Positions 30,995 through 40,897 of a stretch of 64,000 nt of DNA are shown here, one piece after another (positions within the stretch are counted from its first letter, which is position 1; each line of letters begins with the position of its first letter). Below the pieces are notes generated by a model that was not told the DNA's origin, did not search any database, and worked only from the letters and a program-made list of their open reading frames with translations. The position numbers and the translations under genes are program-made. This stretch comes from Candidatus Woesebacteria bacterium (GTDB lineage: Bacteria; Patescibacteriota; Microgenomatia; UBA8517): assembly GCA_016700095.1 (NCBI GenBank), contig CP065002.1, positions 867,141 to 931,140 of the forward strand, written 5' to 3'.

Positions 30995-31941
30995 TTGATA
31001 GCTTCAGCTTTCCAGAAGTAGCAAAATCGGTCGAATGGCTGGTTTTTTACTAATTTATTACCGTATATACTTGTAAACTCCAACATTTTATCGTAAAACG
31101 GTATTTTGTATAACGCAGGAATTAATATCGTTGAAAAAAATAAAAGTCTTTCTATTCTATGCGGGATTATTTTCCATTTTACAAACTTTGAGTTAAGAAA
31201 CAATTTATAATAATCTCCTTTTGTAAATTGCCTTTCATCCTCACCGAGTGCAAATTGTGGAAACGTTGGAAAAACTTTTCTTAGTTTTAATAATTTGAAC
31301 AAACCACGACCGGTAAAACCAATTGGATTATGTAAGTTGGGGTCAACTGTATATAATATTCCTCCCTTTTTTAAAACCCTATAACTCTCATCTAAAATAC
31401 ATTCCGGATCGGCCACATGATGAAGAATATTAATTGCAACAACTACATCAAAGGTATCAGATCTAAAAGGGAGTTTTCTCGCATCACCAACAACAAAATC
31501 ATTATTGGGAAATTTTTCTTTGGCTCTAATCATTTGTTTTTTAGATAATTCCAACCCAACAACCCGTCTTCCTCTGATATGTGATGTTGATACCCCATTA
31601 CCACAACCAATGTCGAGAACTGCATCGGTTAACTTGGTCGGTATATAATTTGCAGCTTCTCCCGATTCTTCCCAGAATTTTAATTTTTTAAATATTTGCA
31701 TATTCTTTTTGTATACGCTTAATGCACTTTTTGTAACTCCCTTTTGCCACTCATCTTCCCAGGCTTCAGCCTCTATTTCTAAATATGGGTCAAGTTTGGT
31801 AAAAACAGGAACGCCGTTTTCTATCTCATACTTTACCGAATTTGCTGATATTAAAGTATTGTTCTTTCTAATCAATTTCCGCTTTGATATAGGATCAACA
31901 AGAATATCCAGAAGTTTTTTATTTATTTTTTGATTTGGCAT
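30991..31941 (-). CDS. Class I SAM-dependent methyltransferase with an N-terminal Trm112-like domain that has lost its zinc-binding cysteines
   Basis: LLDILVDPISKRKL...YEIENGVPVF parallels Trm112 LLxILVCPxCKGxL...YPIxDGIPVLL with C->D/S substitutions. Motif I VLDIGCGNGVST. Confidence 0.65.
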   Translation of the reverse strand: MPNQKINKKLLDILVDPISKRKLIRKNNTLISANSVKYEIENGVPVFTKLDPYLEIEAEAWEDEWQKGVTKSALSVYKKNMQIFKKLKFWEESGEAANYIPTKLTDAVLDIGCGNGVSTSHIRGRRVVGLELSKKQMIRAKEKFPNNDFVVGDARKLPFRSDTFDVVVAINILHHVADPECILDESYRVLKKGGILYTVDPNLHNPIGFTGRGLFKLLKLRKVFPTFPQFALGEDERQFTKGDYYKLFLNSKFVKWKIIPHRIERLLFFSTILIPALYKIPFYDKMLEFTSIYGNKLVKNQPFDRFCYFWKAEAIK

Positions 31942-32651
31942 AAATATATTATATGACTAAAGGGTTTCTTGCTGTGAGGATAGGTTTTCGAGATAGAATA
32001 TCCATTTCCGCAAAGTAATTCATCCCACTCTTTTTCTCTGCGATAATGAAAATTAAAATCATATAGCTTTTTCTCAAATAAAATAGGTACTATGAAGGCA
32101 TCCGTAAGCCAAGTGAATATTGATTTTAATACAGGTCTTTCAATAATTTCAACGATTATTAACTTTCCATTAGTGTTAAGTTTAGCGAATGTTTCCTTGA
32201 CTACTTTCTCCTGAGATTTTCTATTCGGCAAGTGGTGAAGAACATGAGACAATATAATACAATCGGCTTTCGGATATTTACCCGACACAATATCTCCTTT
32301 TTCAAATTTTGTGTTTTCGACTCCTTTGTTGGCGTCTTTTAGTCTATTTTTGTTTATCTCAATTCCGACCAGCTTCCTATTTTTTGAAGAAAGTGCAAGA
32401 TAATTTGTTAGTATACCGTCACCACAACCAAGATCAATTATTCTTCCTGATTTTGGAACTAGCTTGTTTATTTCCTCGAATGGAGCGTCCCACATTCTAA
32501 TTAACGAAAATATTTCAATAAAACCTGCTCCGTTATATAGCTCAAGAGTTTGTTTGAACAAATTACCATATTTAGGTTTTCCAAAGATAAAAAAATATAT
32601 TTTAAAAAACGCTTTAACGAAAATAATTAATAATGATTTTACTATCGCCAT
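31923..32651 (-). CDS. Class I SAM-dependent methyltransferase
   Basis: Motif I IIDLGCGDGILTNYL and motif II ADCIILSHVLHHL. Confidence 0.65.
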   Translation of the reverse strand: MAIVKSLLIIFVKAFFKIYFFIFGKPKYGNLFKQTLELYNGAGFIEIFSLIRMWDAPFEEINKLVPKSGRIIDLGCGDGILTNYLALSSKNRKLVGIEINKNRLKDANKGVENTKFEKGDIVSGKYPKADCIILSHVLHHLPNRKSQEKVVKETFAKLNTNGKLIIVEIIERPVLKSIFTWLTDAFIVPILFEKKLYDFNFHYRREKEWDELLCGNGYSISKTYPHSKKPFSHIIYLCQIKK

Positions 32652-32693
32652 GGGTTATTGATAATTTATAAGTCTAGAAATATAATTACTTAA

Positions 32694-33614
32694 ATGGAAC
32701 TATCAATCATTCTACCAATTCACAATGAAGAATCAAATATCAATCCTCTGTATGACAGACTTTCTCTTGTTCTTAAGAAATTAAAGGTTAACTATGATTT
32801 AGTTTTTATTAACGACGGAAGCACGGATGATTCATTAAATAAATTACTAGCACTAAGAAATAAAGACAAAAGAGTTAAAATAATAAACTTCTCGCGCAAC
32901 TTTGGTCACATGTCTGCAGTTACGGCTGGTTTAAGAAACGCACAAGGAGATAAGGTTGTCATAATGGATTGCGATTTACAAGACCCTCCGGAAGTTATTC
33001 CTCAGTTGTACAAAAAATCAAAAGACCACGACGTCGTTTATGCGATTAAAGAAAAAAGGAAAGAAGGGCTAGTAAAGCGTGCAATGTTTTCGTTGTTTTA
33101 TATCATCCAAACACACATAGCAGATCTGCCTATACCCGCAAACGCCGGAACTTTTTCAATTCTTGATAAAAAAGTTGTAAAAATAATTGATACTCTACCC
33201 GAAAAGAATAAATTTTTTTCAGGTCTTCGGGTTTGGGTGGGATTTAAACAAGGCAGTATCACTTATGAACGTGCGGCAAGATTGTCAGGTGAGAAAAATT
33301 CTTTAAAAAAGCTTGTTAAACTGGCATTCGACGGATTATTCTCTTTTTCTTATGTCCCCCTTAGAATAGCAAGTATATTAGGAATACTGTTTGCTCTAAT
33401 TGCTTTTGTTTTGGTAATAATTGTTGGTGTTCTTAGGATATTCTTCGACTGGGGAATTGTTGGTTGGGCTTCTACATTAACCACAATTTTATTTATTGGC
33501 GGAGTTCAGTTAATAACGTTAGGTATAATAGGCGAATATTTAGCAAGAATTTATGACGAAGTTAAAAACCGCCCAGAGTATATAATTCAAGATAAACATG
33601 GGTTTGATAAATAA
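32694..33614 (+). CDS. Membrane-anchored GT2 polyprenol-phosphate sugar synthase (GtrB/ArnC/CsbB/DPM1-like)
   Basis: LSIILPIHNEESNI...VFINDGSTDDS...FSRNFGHMSAVTAGL...VIMDCDLQDPPEVIP, plus two C-terminal TM helices. This is the canonical architecture of C55-P-sugar synthases. Confidence 0.8.
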   Translation: MELSIILPIHNEESNINPLYDRLSLVLKKLKVNYDLVFINDGSTDDSLNKLLALRNKDKRVKIINFSRNFGHMSAVTAGLRNAQGDKVVIMDCDLQDPPEVIPQLYKKSKDHDVVYAIKEKRKEGLVKRAMFSLFYIIQTHIADLPIPANAGTFSILDKKVVKIIDTLPEKNKFFSGLRVWVGFKQGSITYERAARLSGEKNSLKKLVKLAFDGLFSFSYVPLRIASILGILFALIAFVLVIIVGVLRIFFDWGIVGWASTLTTILFIGGVQLITLGIIGEYLARIYDEVKNRPEYIIQDKHGFDK

Positions 33615-34712
33615 CTACTCCATATCCTTCTCAACTCTTCGGAAATCATTTATAAATTTATTAAAATCCACTTTTCTTGAAAGATTGTTAAATATAAACT
33701 GATCGTTTACTTTTCTTTGTTGTTGAATTATTTTTCGTTTCTCTAGTGTCACTTTAATATTTCTTATATTATAACCAATGGCATCGATTATCATAACAGC
33801 GCTATTCTTTTGTCCTCTTAGGAAGAACACGAATGCGATTCCCAGTGAAATAAATAAATGTATTGGTAATATGTAAATCAAGTTTATTAATTCAAGATTT
33901 TTAATAAGTGACATAATTCTGTTTTTGTAATAATCGTAATTTATCTTCACAACATCCAATCTTTTTATGGTAAAGCCGACTTTATGTTCAATTGTTGCGT
34001 TAGGGAAATAGACTACTTTCCAACCAGCAAGCCATACACGCCAGCAAAAATCACTTTCTTCGAAGTAAGATACAAAATCATTATCAAAAAGCCCAATTTC
34101 ATCAATTACACTTTTGCGAACAAGCATACATGCCCCCTTGCACGAAAATACTTTAGTTTCCTTATTAAATTCTTTACTGTCTTTTTGCCCAAATCCCCAA
34201 TGTTCGAGAAAACCTATACGTGTAAAGAAACTTCCTGCATTATCCAAGTAACTGATTCTACCCTGCCCTTCCGTAACTATTGGCGAAGGAGGTGCTTGCC
34301 CGTCCGTAGGTTTTGGCGAAGGAGGGTCCATCATAAATATCTTGGGTTGAATTACTCCCAATTTTTTGTCCTTTTCCATGCGAGATACCAACTGGTCCAA
34401 CAAGTCAGGTGAAACAACCGTGTCGTTATTTAGCAGTAACACATAATCTCCTTTGGCAAACTTAATCGCCTGATTGTTAGCAGGAGCAAAACCGAGGTTC
34501 ACTTTATTCACCAATAGGCGGTAGTTGGTAGTTGGTAGAATTATTTTTTTGGCTAATTTTTCACTTCCATCGCTACTTCCATTATCAACAACTATCAATT
34601 CCCAATTTTTATATTTAAGTTTAGAAAGCGAAGTTAAGCAATTTTTAAACACTTCCCCACCATTCCAGTTGACGATAATTATTGAAACTTCAGGAACTAT
34701 TCTAATTCTCAT
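33615..34712 (-). CDS. GT2 glycosyltransferase (WbbL/rhamnosyltransferase-like) with an internal Pro-rich insertion and a C-terminal TM
   Basis: VSIIIVNWNGGE...LIVVDNGSSDGS...LLLNNDTVV (DXD-like). Insertion PPSPKPTDGQAPPSPIVTEGQG, encoded by a short tandem DNA repeat at about 34260..34330. Confidence 0.75.
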   Translation of the reverse strand: MRIRIVPEVSIIIVNWNGGEVFKNCLTSLSKLKYKNWELIVVDNGSSDGSEKLAKKIILPTTNYRLLVNKVNLGFAPANNQAIKFAKGDYVLLLNNDTVVSPDLLDQLVSRMEKDKKLGVIQPKIFMMDPPSPKPTDGQAPPSPIVTEGQGRISYLDNAGSFFTRIGFLEHWGFGQKDSKEFNKETKVFSCKGACMLVRKSVIDEIGLFDNDFVSYFEESDFCWRVWLAGWKVVYFPNATIEHKVGFTIKRLDVVKINYDYYKNRIMSLIKNLELINLIYILPIHLFISLGIAFVFFLRGQKNSAVMIIDAIGYNIRNIKVTLEKRKIIQQQRKVNDQFIFNNLSRKVDFNKFINDFRRVEKDME

Positions 34713-34714
34713 GT

Positions 34715-35605
34715 TTAGTACTTTTTACGAATTGTTGTAATTAATGTTTTTAAAAATTTATTAATACCTACCGCGCTTATGTATCCCAGAATTGCAGAGG
34801 TTGCCTCTAATATCCTAATCGCAATAAAAGTAAGTCCAAGTATTGGATGAAATATAAACTTTTTCCAATTCTTGAAATATGCCTTTCTAAAAAGCATATT
34901 ACCTTGAGAAGAAATTAATTCCGGATGTTTTTTGGCGTATGATGCACTTTTTGCGGCATAATAATATTTCTTTCTAAGTTGTTTGGGCAGTGTTAAAGTT
35001 TCTTCGTGGTGTAGTAACCATTCGGTTGACCAGCCAATCTTGTGTCTTTTACTGATTCGATAGGGTAAATCATAATCTTCAGCCCCGGTTAACTTGACAT
35101 CATAACCATCAAATTCATTAAATATCTTTTTATCAAAAAACCTGGCTACTTCTATTGTCGCATCCCCCATGTACATCTCTCTTTCAAATCTTCTAACCCT
35201 ACTCATAAAACTTCCCCCAGTAGTTTTTTCGGGTATGATAAGTGCCTTATATTTAGAATTGGATATAATTTCTATGCAATTCAAAACGACGTTGGGTGTC
35301 AATTCCATGTCAGCATCCAAAAACACTAAATAATCTCCCTTTGCTCTATTTGCCCCAAAATTTCTCTGGATACTTCTTTCTGCATGCTTTCTGGCATAAA
35401 CACGAGTCGCATATTTATTTGCAATACTTACCGTTTTATCCGTACTTCCATCGTCTACTACAATCGATTCAATGTTTTTATAACTTTGCTTGCCGATGCT
35501 AACCAGCAAACGCTTGATATTCTTCTCTTCGTTAAAGGTGGGAATTATTATTGAAACCTTTGGGTATTTCATATTGCTTTTATAATTCTTCATGTATAAT
35601 AACAA
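34715..35605 (-). CDS. GT2 glycosyltransferase
   Basis: VSIIIPTFNEEKNI...IVVDDGSTDKT...VFLDADMEL. Confidence 0.75.
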   Translation of the reverse strand: MLLYMKNYKSNMKYPKVSIIIPTFNEEKNIKRLLVSIGKQSYKNIESIVVDDGSTDKTVSIANKYATRVYARKHAERSIQRNFGANRAKGDYLVFLDADMELTPNVVLNCIEIISNSKYKALIIPEKTTGGSFMSRVRRFEREMYMGDATIEVARFFDKKIFNEFDGYDVKLTGAEDYDLPYRISKRHKIGWSTEWLLHHEETLTLPKQLRKKYYYAAKSASYAKKHPELISSQGNMLFRKAYFKNWKKFIFHPILGLTFIAIRILEATSAILGYISAVGINKFLKTLITTIRKKY

Positions 35606-35749
35606 ATTAGTTACACAAGTTATAGTTAACTCAGTGTAAAATCATCGGTATATGTTGTCTTTTGACTTTGAGTGTTAAGGATTTCATACATGTCAAATTA
35701 GTGTTGAAAGAGGAAATTATTAACCATGTAACTATTTTAATCCGGTTTT

Positions 35750-36688
35750 ATGACAAAAGCACGTAAATTATCTTTTGTAATTCCTGCAAAAAATGAAGAG
35801 GGATCTATTGAGATACTCTATCAAGAAATTATTAGCGTTGTTAAAAACAAAAAGTATAACTATGAAATAGTATTTATTGACGATGGATCAACGGATAAAA
35901 CTTTTGAAAATTTCACAAAACTTAAAAAAGGCGATCCTTGTGTAAAAGTAATTAAACTAAGAGGAAACTGGGGCAAGGCGGTAGCTATGCAAGCAGGTTT
36001 TACTCATGCAACCGGTGACTTAATATTTACTTTGGATGCTGATCTTCAAGACAACCCCAAAGAGATACCAAAGTTTATTGAAAAAATTGACGAAGGATAT
36101 GACCTCGTCGTTGGTTGGAAAAAAGAACGACATGATCCTTTGAGCAAATTAATATCAACAAGATTATTCAACGGAACGGTTAAATTACTCACAGGACTCA
36201 AAATTCATGATGTAAATTGTGGGTTCAAAGCATACAAAAAGGAAGTTATAAATGATCTACCTTTGTATGGTGATCTATTTCGTTTAATTCCAGTAATCGC
36301 TCAAAAACAAAACTACAAAGTTGGAGAAGTAATTGTCGAACATCGAAAAAGAAAACACGGTAAATCTAAATTTGGCTTAGAGCGTAGTTATAAAGGTATG
36401 CTTGATCTTCTGACGGTAGTATTTTTAACAGGTTATCTCAAACGCCCTGGGCACTTTTTTGGTGGGTTAGGCTTTTTATCTTTTTTTGGAGGATTTCTCG
36501 TCGGAATGTATATCACTTTTCTTCGTTTTACAACCGGGTCAATTCAATATAGACAGCCACTTCTTTTCCTGGGAATCTTGCTTATGGTAATTGGAGTACA
36601 ATTAGTAACCACCGGTTTGTTGGCAGAGCTTACATTACATTTAAATCAGAAATCTTCTGTAGCAAATAAAACCGAAACAATTCTCTAG
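35750..36688 (+). CDS. Membrane-anchored GT2 polyprenol-phosphate sugar synthase (GtrB/ArnC/CsbB/DPM1-like)
   Basis: LSFVIPAKNEEGSI...VFIDDGSTDKT...LRGNWGKAVAMQAGF...FTLDADLQDNPKEIP, plus two C-terminal TM helices. Confidence 0.8.
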   Translation: MTKARKLSFVIPAKNEEGSIEILYQEIISVVKNKKYNYEIVFIDDGSTDKTFENFTKLKKGDPCVKVIKLRGNWGKAVAMQAGFTHATGDLIFTLDADLQDNPKEIPKFIEKIDEGYDLVVGWKKERHDPLSKLISTRLFNGTVKLLTGLKIHDVNCGFKAYKKEVINDLPLYGDLFRLIPVIAQKQNYKVGEVIVEHRKRKHGKSKFGLERSYKGMLDLLTVVFLTGYLKRPGHFFGGLGFLSFFGGFLVGMYITFLRFTTGSIQYRQPLLFLGILLMVIGVQLVTTGLLAELTLHLNQKSSVANKTETIL

Positions 36689-38773
36689 TTACTTATATAT
36701 TTTTACTTCCACCTTATCTATTGTACTCAAGCATTGGTCAATTGGACTCATGACAATACGAGCAAATCTAGTCTCATTGCCTATAAATGGAATGACGATA
36801 TTTTTGTCAGTAGGATAGAATCCCATAAGCGGTACACTCCAATCTTCTTTGGGCATAGTCCCAGGTAAACGTTGCCAATTTGTATTGTCTGTAGAAATTT
36901 GAACATAACCATGCTCTATATCCAGACATCGTGCGTCATCGTACGAAATACTAATTTTAGCTAAATCAACTATCTTTCCGAGATCAACAACAAACCCTTG
37001 ATCTGAATATTCGTATGTAAAACCATAATAGTCTGAAATTGACGAGTATTTCTCGGTTCGATATTTTGCTGTGTTTTCCCACACTTTTAATATCGATGCT
37101 CCATCAACATCTATTGAGTAAATTGGGTGTAATCCCAAATTAAGATATCTGTCGTGAAACGAAGTTAATTCAGTTCCTTGGTACGTCAATGCAATTATAT
37201 ATTCTCCCTCTTGAAGGATCCCGCTTCTGTAAGAATTTGAAAGTCTTATATCAGGTCGTATCCAAATGAGAGGTATGTTGGGGATAAGTTCACGAGCGTA
37301 AGCGAGCTTAGTCCCATGAGGTGTACTTTTATTTATCCATGATATACCTTCCCTATACGCTACGCCAAAACTATTTCCAGCAGCCGGAAAATTTATAGAT
37401 CTGGCACCAATATGTCCTCCTATTAGTGAATTGAAATAAACATTTTCGTTCGGGTGAAGAGAAATTAATCTAAATATATGGAAAGTATAACCAGATATTA
37501 ATACTATCCAAAATAGTGATCGGAGTATTTTTTGCTTACTTACCAGGTTGTAAATCGTCAAAGCACCAATACCGCACAATATTGATAAAGGCGCAACATA
37601 CTCCATTATCTGACGGACTCCACCATAAATATTTGTTCCCGGGGCAGTAACTCTTGCAATTGGAACTATCAACCAAAGAACAACCAGAAAATAAAATCCA
37701 TTATTTCGATTTCGTAAATCACATATAGCCTTTGTTAATCCCAGTGCCGATAGAATAAGAACGATTATCGGGGTTGAGAACACTATCCACAACATGGGGT
37801 ATAGATTAATTCCACCAAAGGCAATGAATCGTTTGTCGAAAGAGTCCGTAAGTCCAATTTCATGATAGAAATTCAATACGGTTTTGATATTAGACAAAGG
37901 ATCTAGCCATAAAAATGGCCATAGTGCAATAAAGATAAATAATGCCAGAATGGGAATACAAAACAGAGTCATTATAAGCGTTTTGTTTTGTAAAAGTATT
38001 TTTTTAATTTCACTACGCCTGGGATACAATAGTAGAATCATCCAGGGCAATACGATGAATGGTAAAAAAAATGCATTAAACTTTGTTCCCAAAGCTAGTC
38101 CGGACGTTATTCCTGCAATCAACAACAATCGCTTTTTCTTTCTGAGAACTCCATACCACACAAGCATAAGTGTTAATAAAATATATACCGCTTCTGGAAT
38201 ATCTTTCTCATTATTAAAATGAGCTTCGGACCAATACAGTGGATACGACAACAAAGTTAAGGCAGATATAAATCCTGCAAGATATGAATTTGTTGTATCA
38301 GAAATCCAATAAAATAAAAAAGCGACCGACATTGAAAAAAGTAATATTGAATATACACGATATGAATCAATATCATTAATTATTCCCCATTTCTGAAATA
38401 GAAAGTAGTTAAATAGCGACGAAATAATATCGCTTGCAGGAGGATGTCCACCATCGTTTTCCATAAAATAATTAAAATCAACTCCAGCATTTTGATATAA
38501 ACTAACACGAGCTACATCTTCTCGCGATTTGTCGATTGGGCTAAAAGCTAGTTTGTCCGGATCTTGCCAGTATTTCGTAAATGTCGGCAAATTCGAGAAA
38601 TCACGAGAACCAGTTAAGAAATAATTCAGATATGCTTGTCCGCGCGGCAAGTGATTGATAGTATCCCAGTTAATTCCATAGTGTGGGAGCGTAACCAATC
38701 CAAGAATAAACACTAGAACAAAAATAAATAAAGTGTACAACCTAATATTGCGAAGTTTTTGGCTTTTAATCAT
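36689..38773 (-). CDS. GT-C-like membrane glycosyltransferase (PMT_2-like, 694 aa) with a C-terminal discoidin-like domain
   Basis: About 12 TM helices. The N-terminal loop HYGINWDTINHLPRGQAY carries a degenerate acidic motif. The C-terminal roughly 115 aa (about nt 36689..37040), DLGKIVDLAKISISY...NWQRLP...TRFARIVM, resembles the discoidin pattern seen in 25318..27987. Confidence 0.5.
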   Translation of the reverse strand: MIKSQKLRNIRLYTLFIFVLVFILGLVTLPHYGINWDTINHLPRGQAYLNYFLTGSRDFSNLPTFTKYWQDPDKLAFSPIDKSREDVARVSLYQNAGVDFNYFMENDGGHPPASDIISSLFNYFLFQKWGIINDIDSYRVYSILLFSMSVAFLFYWISDTTNSYLAGFISALTLLSYPLYWSEAHFNNEKDIPEAVYILLTLMLVWYGVLRKKKRLLLIAGITSGLALGTKFNAFFLPFIVLPWMILLLYPRRSEIKKILLQNKTLIMTLFCIPILALFIFIALWPFLWLDPLSNIKTVLNFYHEIGLTDSFDKRFIAFGGINLYPMLWIVFSTPIIVLILSALGLTKAICDLRNRNNGFYFLVVLWLIVPIARVTAPGTNIYGGVRQIMEYVAPLSILCGIGALTIYNLVSKQKILRSLFWIVLISGYTFHIFRLISLHPNENVYFNSLIGGHIGARSINFPAAGNSFGVAYREGISWINKSTPHGTKLAYARELIPNIPLIWIRPDIRLSNSYRSGILQEGEYIIALTYQGTELTSFHDRYLNLGLHPIYSIDVDGASILKVWENTAKYRTEKYSSISDYYGFTYEYSDQGFVVDLGKIVDLAKISISYDDARCLDIEHGYVQISTDNTNWQRLPGTMPKEDWSVPLMGFYPTDKNIVIPFIGNETRFARIVMSPIDQCLSTIDKVEVKIYK

Positions 38774-38775
38774 TT

Positions 38776-39549
38776 TTAATTCTTTTCAAGGAGAAAGATA
38801 TAATTAGGCATAAACGGTAAGATTAAAGACTGTGGAAGTAACTTGCTAATCGGTTTATATTTCACTAATCCATCAAAACCAAATTTCTCAGGATTCCGTA
38901 AAACAGCTATCGTGTAATCGTGAATAATAAACTTATGACACAATTTTTTAATTCCTTGATGACTAAGGTATTTATTACCCATAAATGAATTACCCTTACC
39001 CATTATTCTAACGTAATAATCAGCCAAGCGACTCGGCAAAAAGGTGAGCAAAGGAAGCTTATATTGAGATTCTATTATCACAAATCTGTTCCGGGCTCCA
39101 AGAAAACATATCCCTCCCGGTTTAAGTATACGATAGATTTCATCAAACATGAGTTTTTGATTCTCAACACAGTTATAAACCTGATTAGCAATTACAATAT
39201 CAAACGAATCATCTTTGTAAGGAATTCTCTCGTCGGTGGTTACTTTAAAATTTAGATTTTTTTTCTTAAATGTAGTTTTTGCTTTTTTTATTGCATTCAC
39301 ATCAACGTCAACTCCCACTACATGTTTATAATACTTTGACATGTAATCTGCGATCGTTCCAATGGATGCCCCATAATCCAATAGTATCAGTTTTTTTGTG
39401 TTTTTTTTGAGATGCGCTGATATTAAATGATGTATTTGACGAGCTTTTTTTTGACGACTCTTCTCACCCATCGCGAAGGGTAAAGCCTCTGAATAATCCT
39501 TATTATTTGCTTTATTTTTTTTCATGCTTAACAAATTACTCGTTACCAT
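38776..39549 (-). CDS. Class I SAM-dependent methyltransferase
   Basis: Motif I LLDYGASIGTIADY and motif II FDIVIANQVYNCV. Confidence 0.65.
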   Translation of the reverse strand: MVTSNLLSMKKNKANNKDYSEALPFAMGEKSRQKKARQIHHLISAHLKKNTKKLILLDYGASIGTIADYMSKYYKHVVGVDVDVNAIKKAKTTFKKKNLNFKVTTDERIPYKDDSFDIVIANQVYNCVENQKLMFDEIYRILKPGGICFLGARNRFVIIESQYKLPLLTFLPSRLADYYVRIMGKGNSFMGNKYLSHQGIKKLCHKFIIHDYTIAVLRNPEKFGFDGLVKYKPISKLLPQSLILPFMPNYIFLLEKN

Positions 39550-39649
39550 CGCACATCTTAATTTAATAAATATTATCTACTTACACGATGCTTAATATAG
39601 GATAGCTCATGATTTATTCTTTATTAAAATAATAATATTAATAGATTCT

Positions 39650-40897
39650 TCACGATAATAGTTTTTTAAATAAATCGTTATATTGTTGTCCTATCGCATT
39701 CCACGAAAATTTAACCTGAACCAGTTGACGGCTATGTTTACCCATTTTATCACGAAGGGGTTTGCTCGCAACAAGTTTACCGAGCACACTTGCGATTTCA
39801 TTTAACGACTTCTCACTTATCAAGTACCCATTCTTTCCATCTTCGATAACAATCTTGTAACCTGGAAAATTTGTAGTTACAATTGGCTTTCCACAAGACA
39901 TTGCCTCCACTACCGAAACAGATTGATCATCTAGATTACCTTTTTCGTCACGTATAGACGGGAGAATAAATACATCTGCTAAATTATAATAATTGACGAG
40001 TTTGTCGTATTTTACCCATCCTGGAAAAATAATATGACTTTCTACGTTTAATTTCTTTACTAATTTTGTCAGGTCATTTCTTTGGTCGCCTTCACCCACA
40101 ATAAGAAAAGTGACTTTGTTGTATTTTTTAAGGACGGTTGGTATTGCTTCAATTAAATAGGAAAACCCTTTCTTGGGAACCAGTCTTCCCACAGACACAA
40201 TCACAACATGATCTTTGGGTATATTGTGTTTTTTTCTAAGTGAAGCAATAGCTGATCGATTTGGCTTAAATATCGATGGATAAGTACCATAGATTATTGG
40301 AGAAAATTTCTTCATAAGTAAATTTCTAGCCTTTATATCGACTGGGTGATTAATTTTTGCAAGATCCTCTAATAACTGCGGGCTGTTGCTTGTAATCCAC
40401 TTAGAACGTCTTGTAGCGAAACGCGCCATCCATCTAAACTGTGGTTTTTGGGCAATGTAAACATCGGAGCCCGGAAGCGTTGATACGACAGGTACTCCTG
40501 TCAAGTACGATGCGATTGATGCAATAAAACCATTCGGTACGATCCAATGTGCATTAATAATATTGATCTTTTCTTTTTTTATTAATTTTATTAGTGCAAC
40601 CAATCCAAAAAAGTACATCAATGGGGACAGAGCATACATTATTTTAGGAACTCCCATGTCGTTTTTCAAAGTATTAGAATAACCCAACATATGGAGACTT
40701 TCCGGCCAAACATATTTATATGTAACAATGGTATATTTTTGATCGCTTACTTTTCGTTTAAATCCTCGTGTATACGGAGTTAAGACAAATACATCATTTC
40801 CAGCTTCAGTTTGCCCATACGCAACACCATCCATAAAGGGAGCCGCATAATCATTCTTGTAACGAGGAAATGTGTGAGTGAGAATGCAGATTTTCAT
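39650..40897 (-). CDS. GT4 (GT-B fold) glycosyltransferase
   Basis: C-terminal VVEAMSCGKPIVTTNFPGYKIVIEDGKNGYLI is typical of GT4. 415 aa. Confidence 0.8.
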   Translation of the reverse strand: MKICILTHTFPRYKNDYAAPFMDGVAYGQTEAGNDVFVLTPYTRGFKRKVSDQKYTIVTYKYVWPESLHMLGYSNTLKNDMGVPKIMYALSPLMYFFGLVALIKLIKKEKINIINAHWIVPNGFIASIASYLTGVPVVSTLPGSDVYIAQKPQFRWMARFATRRSKWITSNSPQLLEDLAKINHPVDIKARNLLMKKFSPIIYGTYPSIFKPNRSAIASLRKKHNIPKDHVVIVSVGRLVPKKGFSYLIEAIPTVLKKYNKVTFLIVGEGDQRNDLTKLVKKLNVESHIIFPGWVKYDKLVNYYNLADVFILPSIRDEKGNLDDQSVSVVEAMSCGKPIVTTNFPGYKIVIEDGKNGYLISEKSLNEIASVLGKLVASKPLRDKMGKHSRQLVQVKFSWNAIGQQYNDLFKKLLS

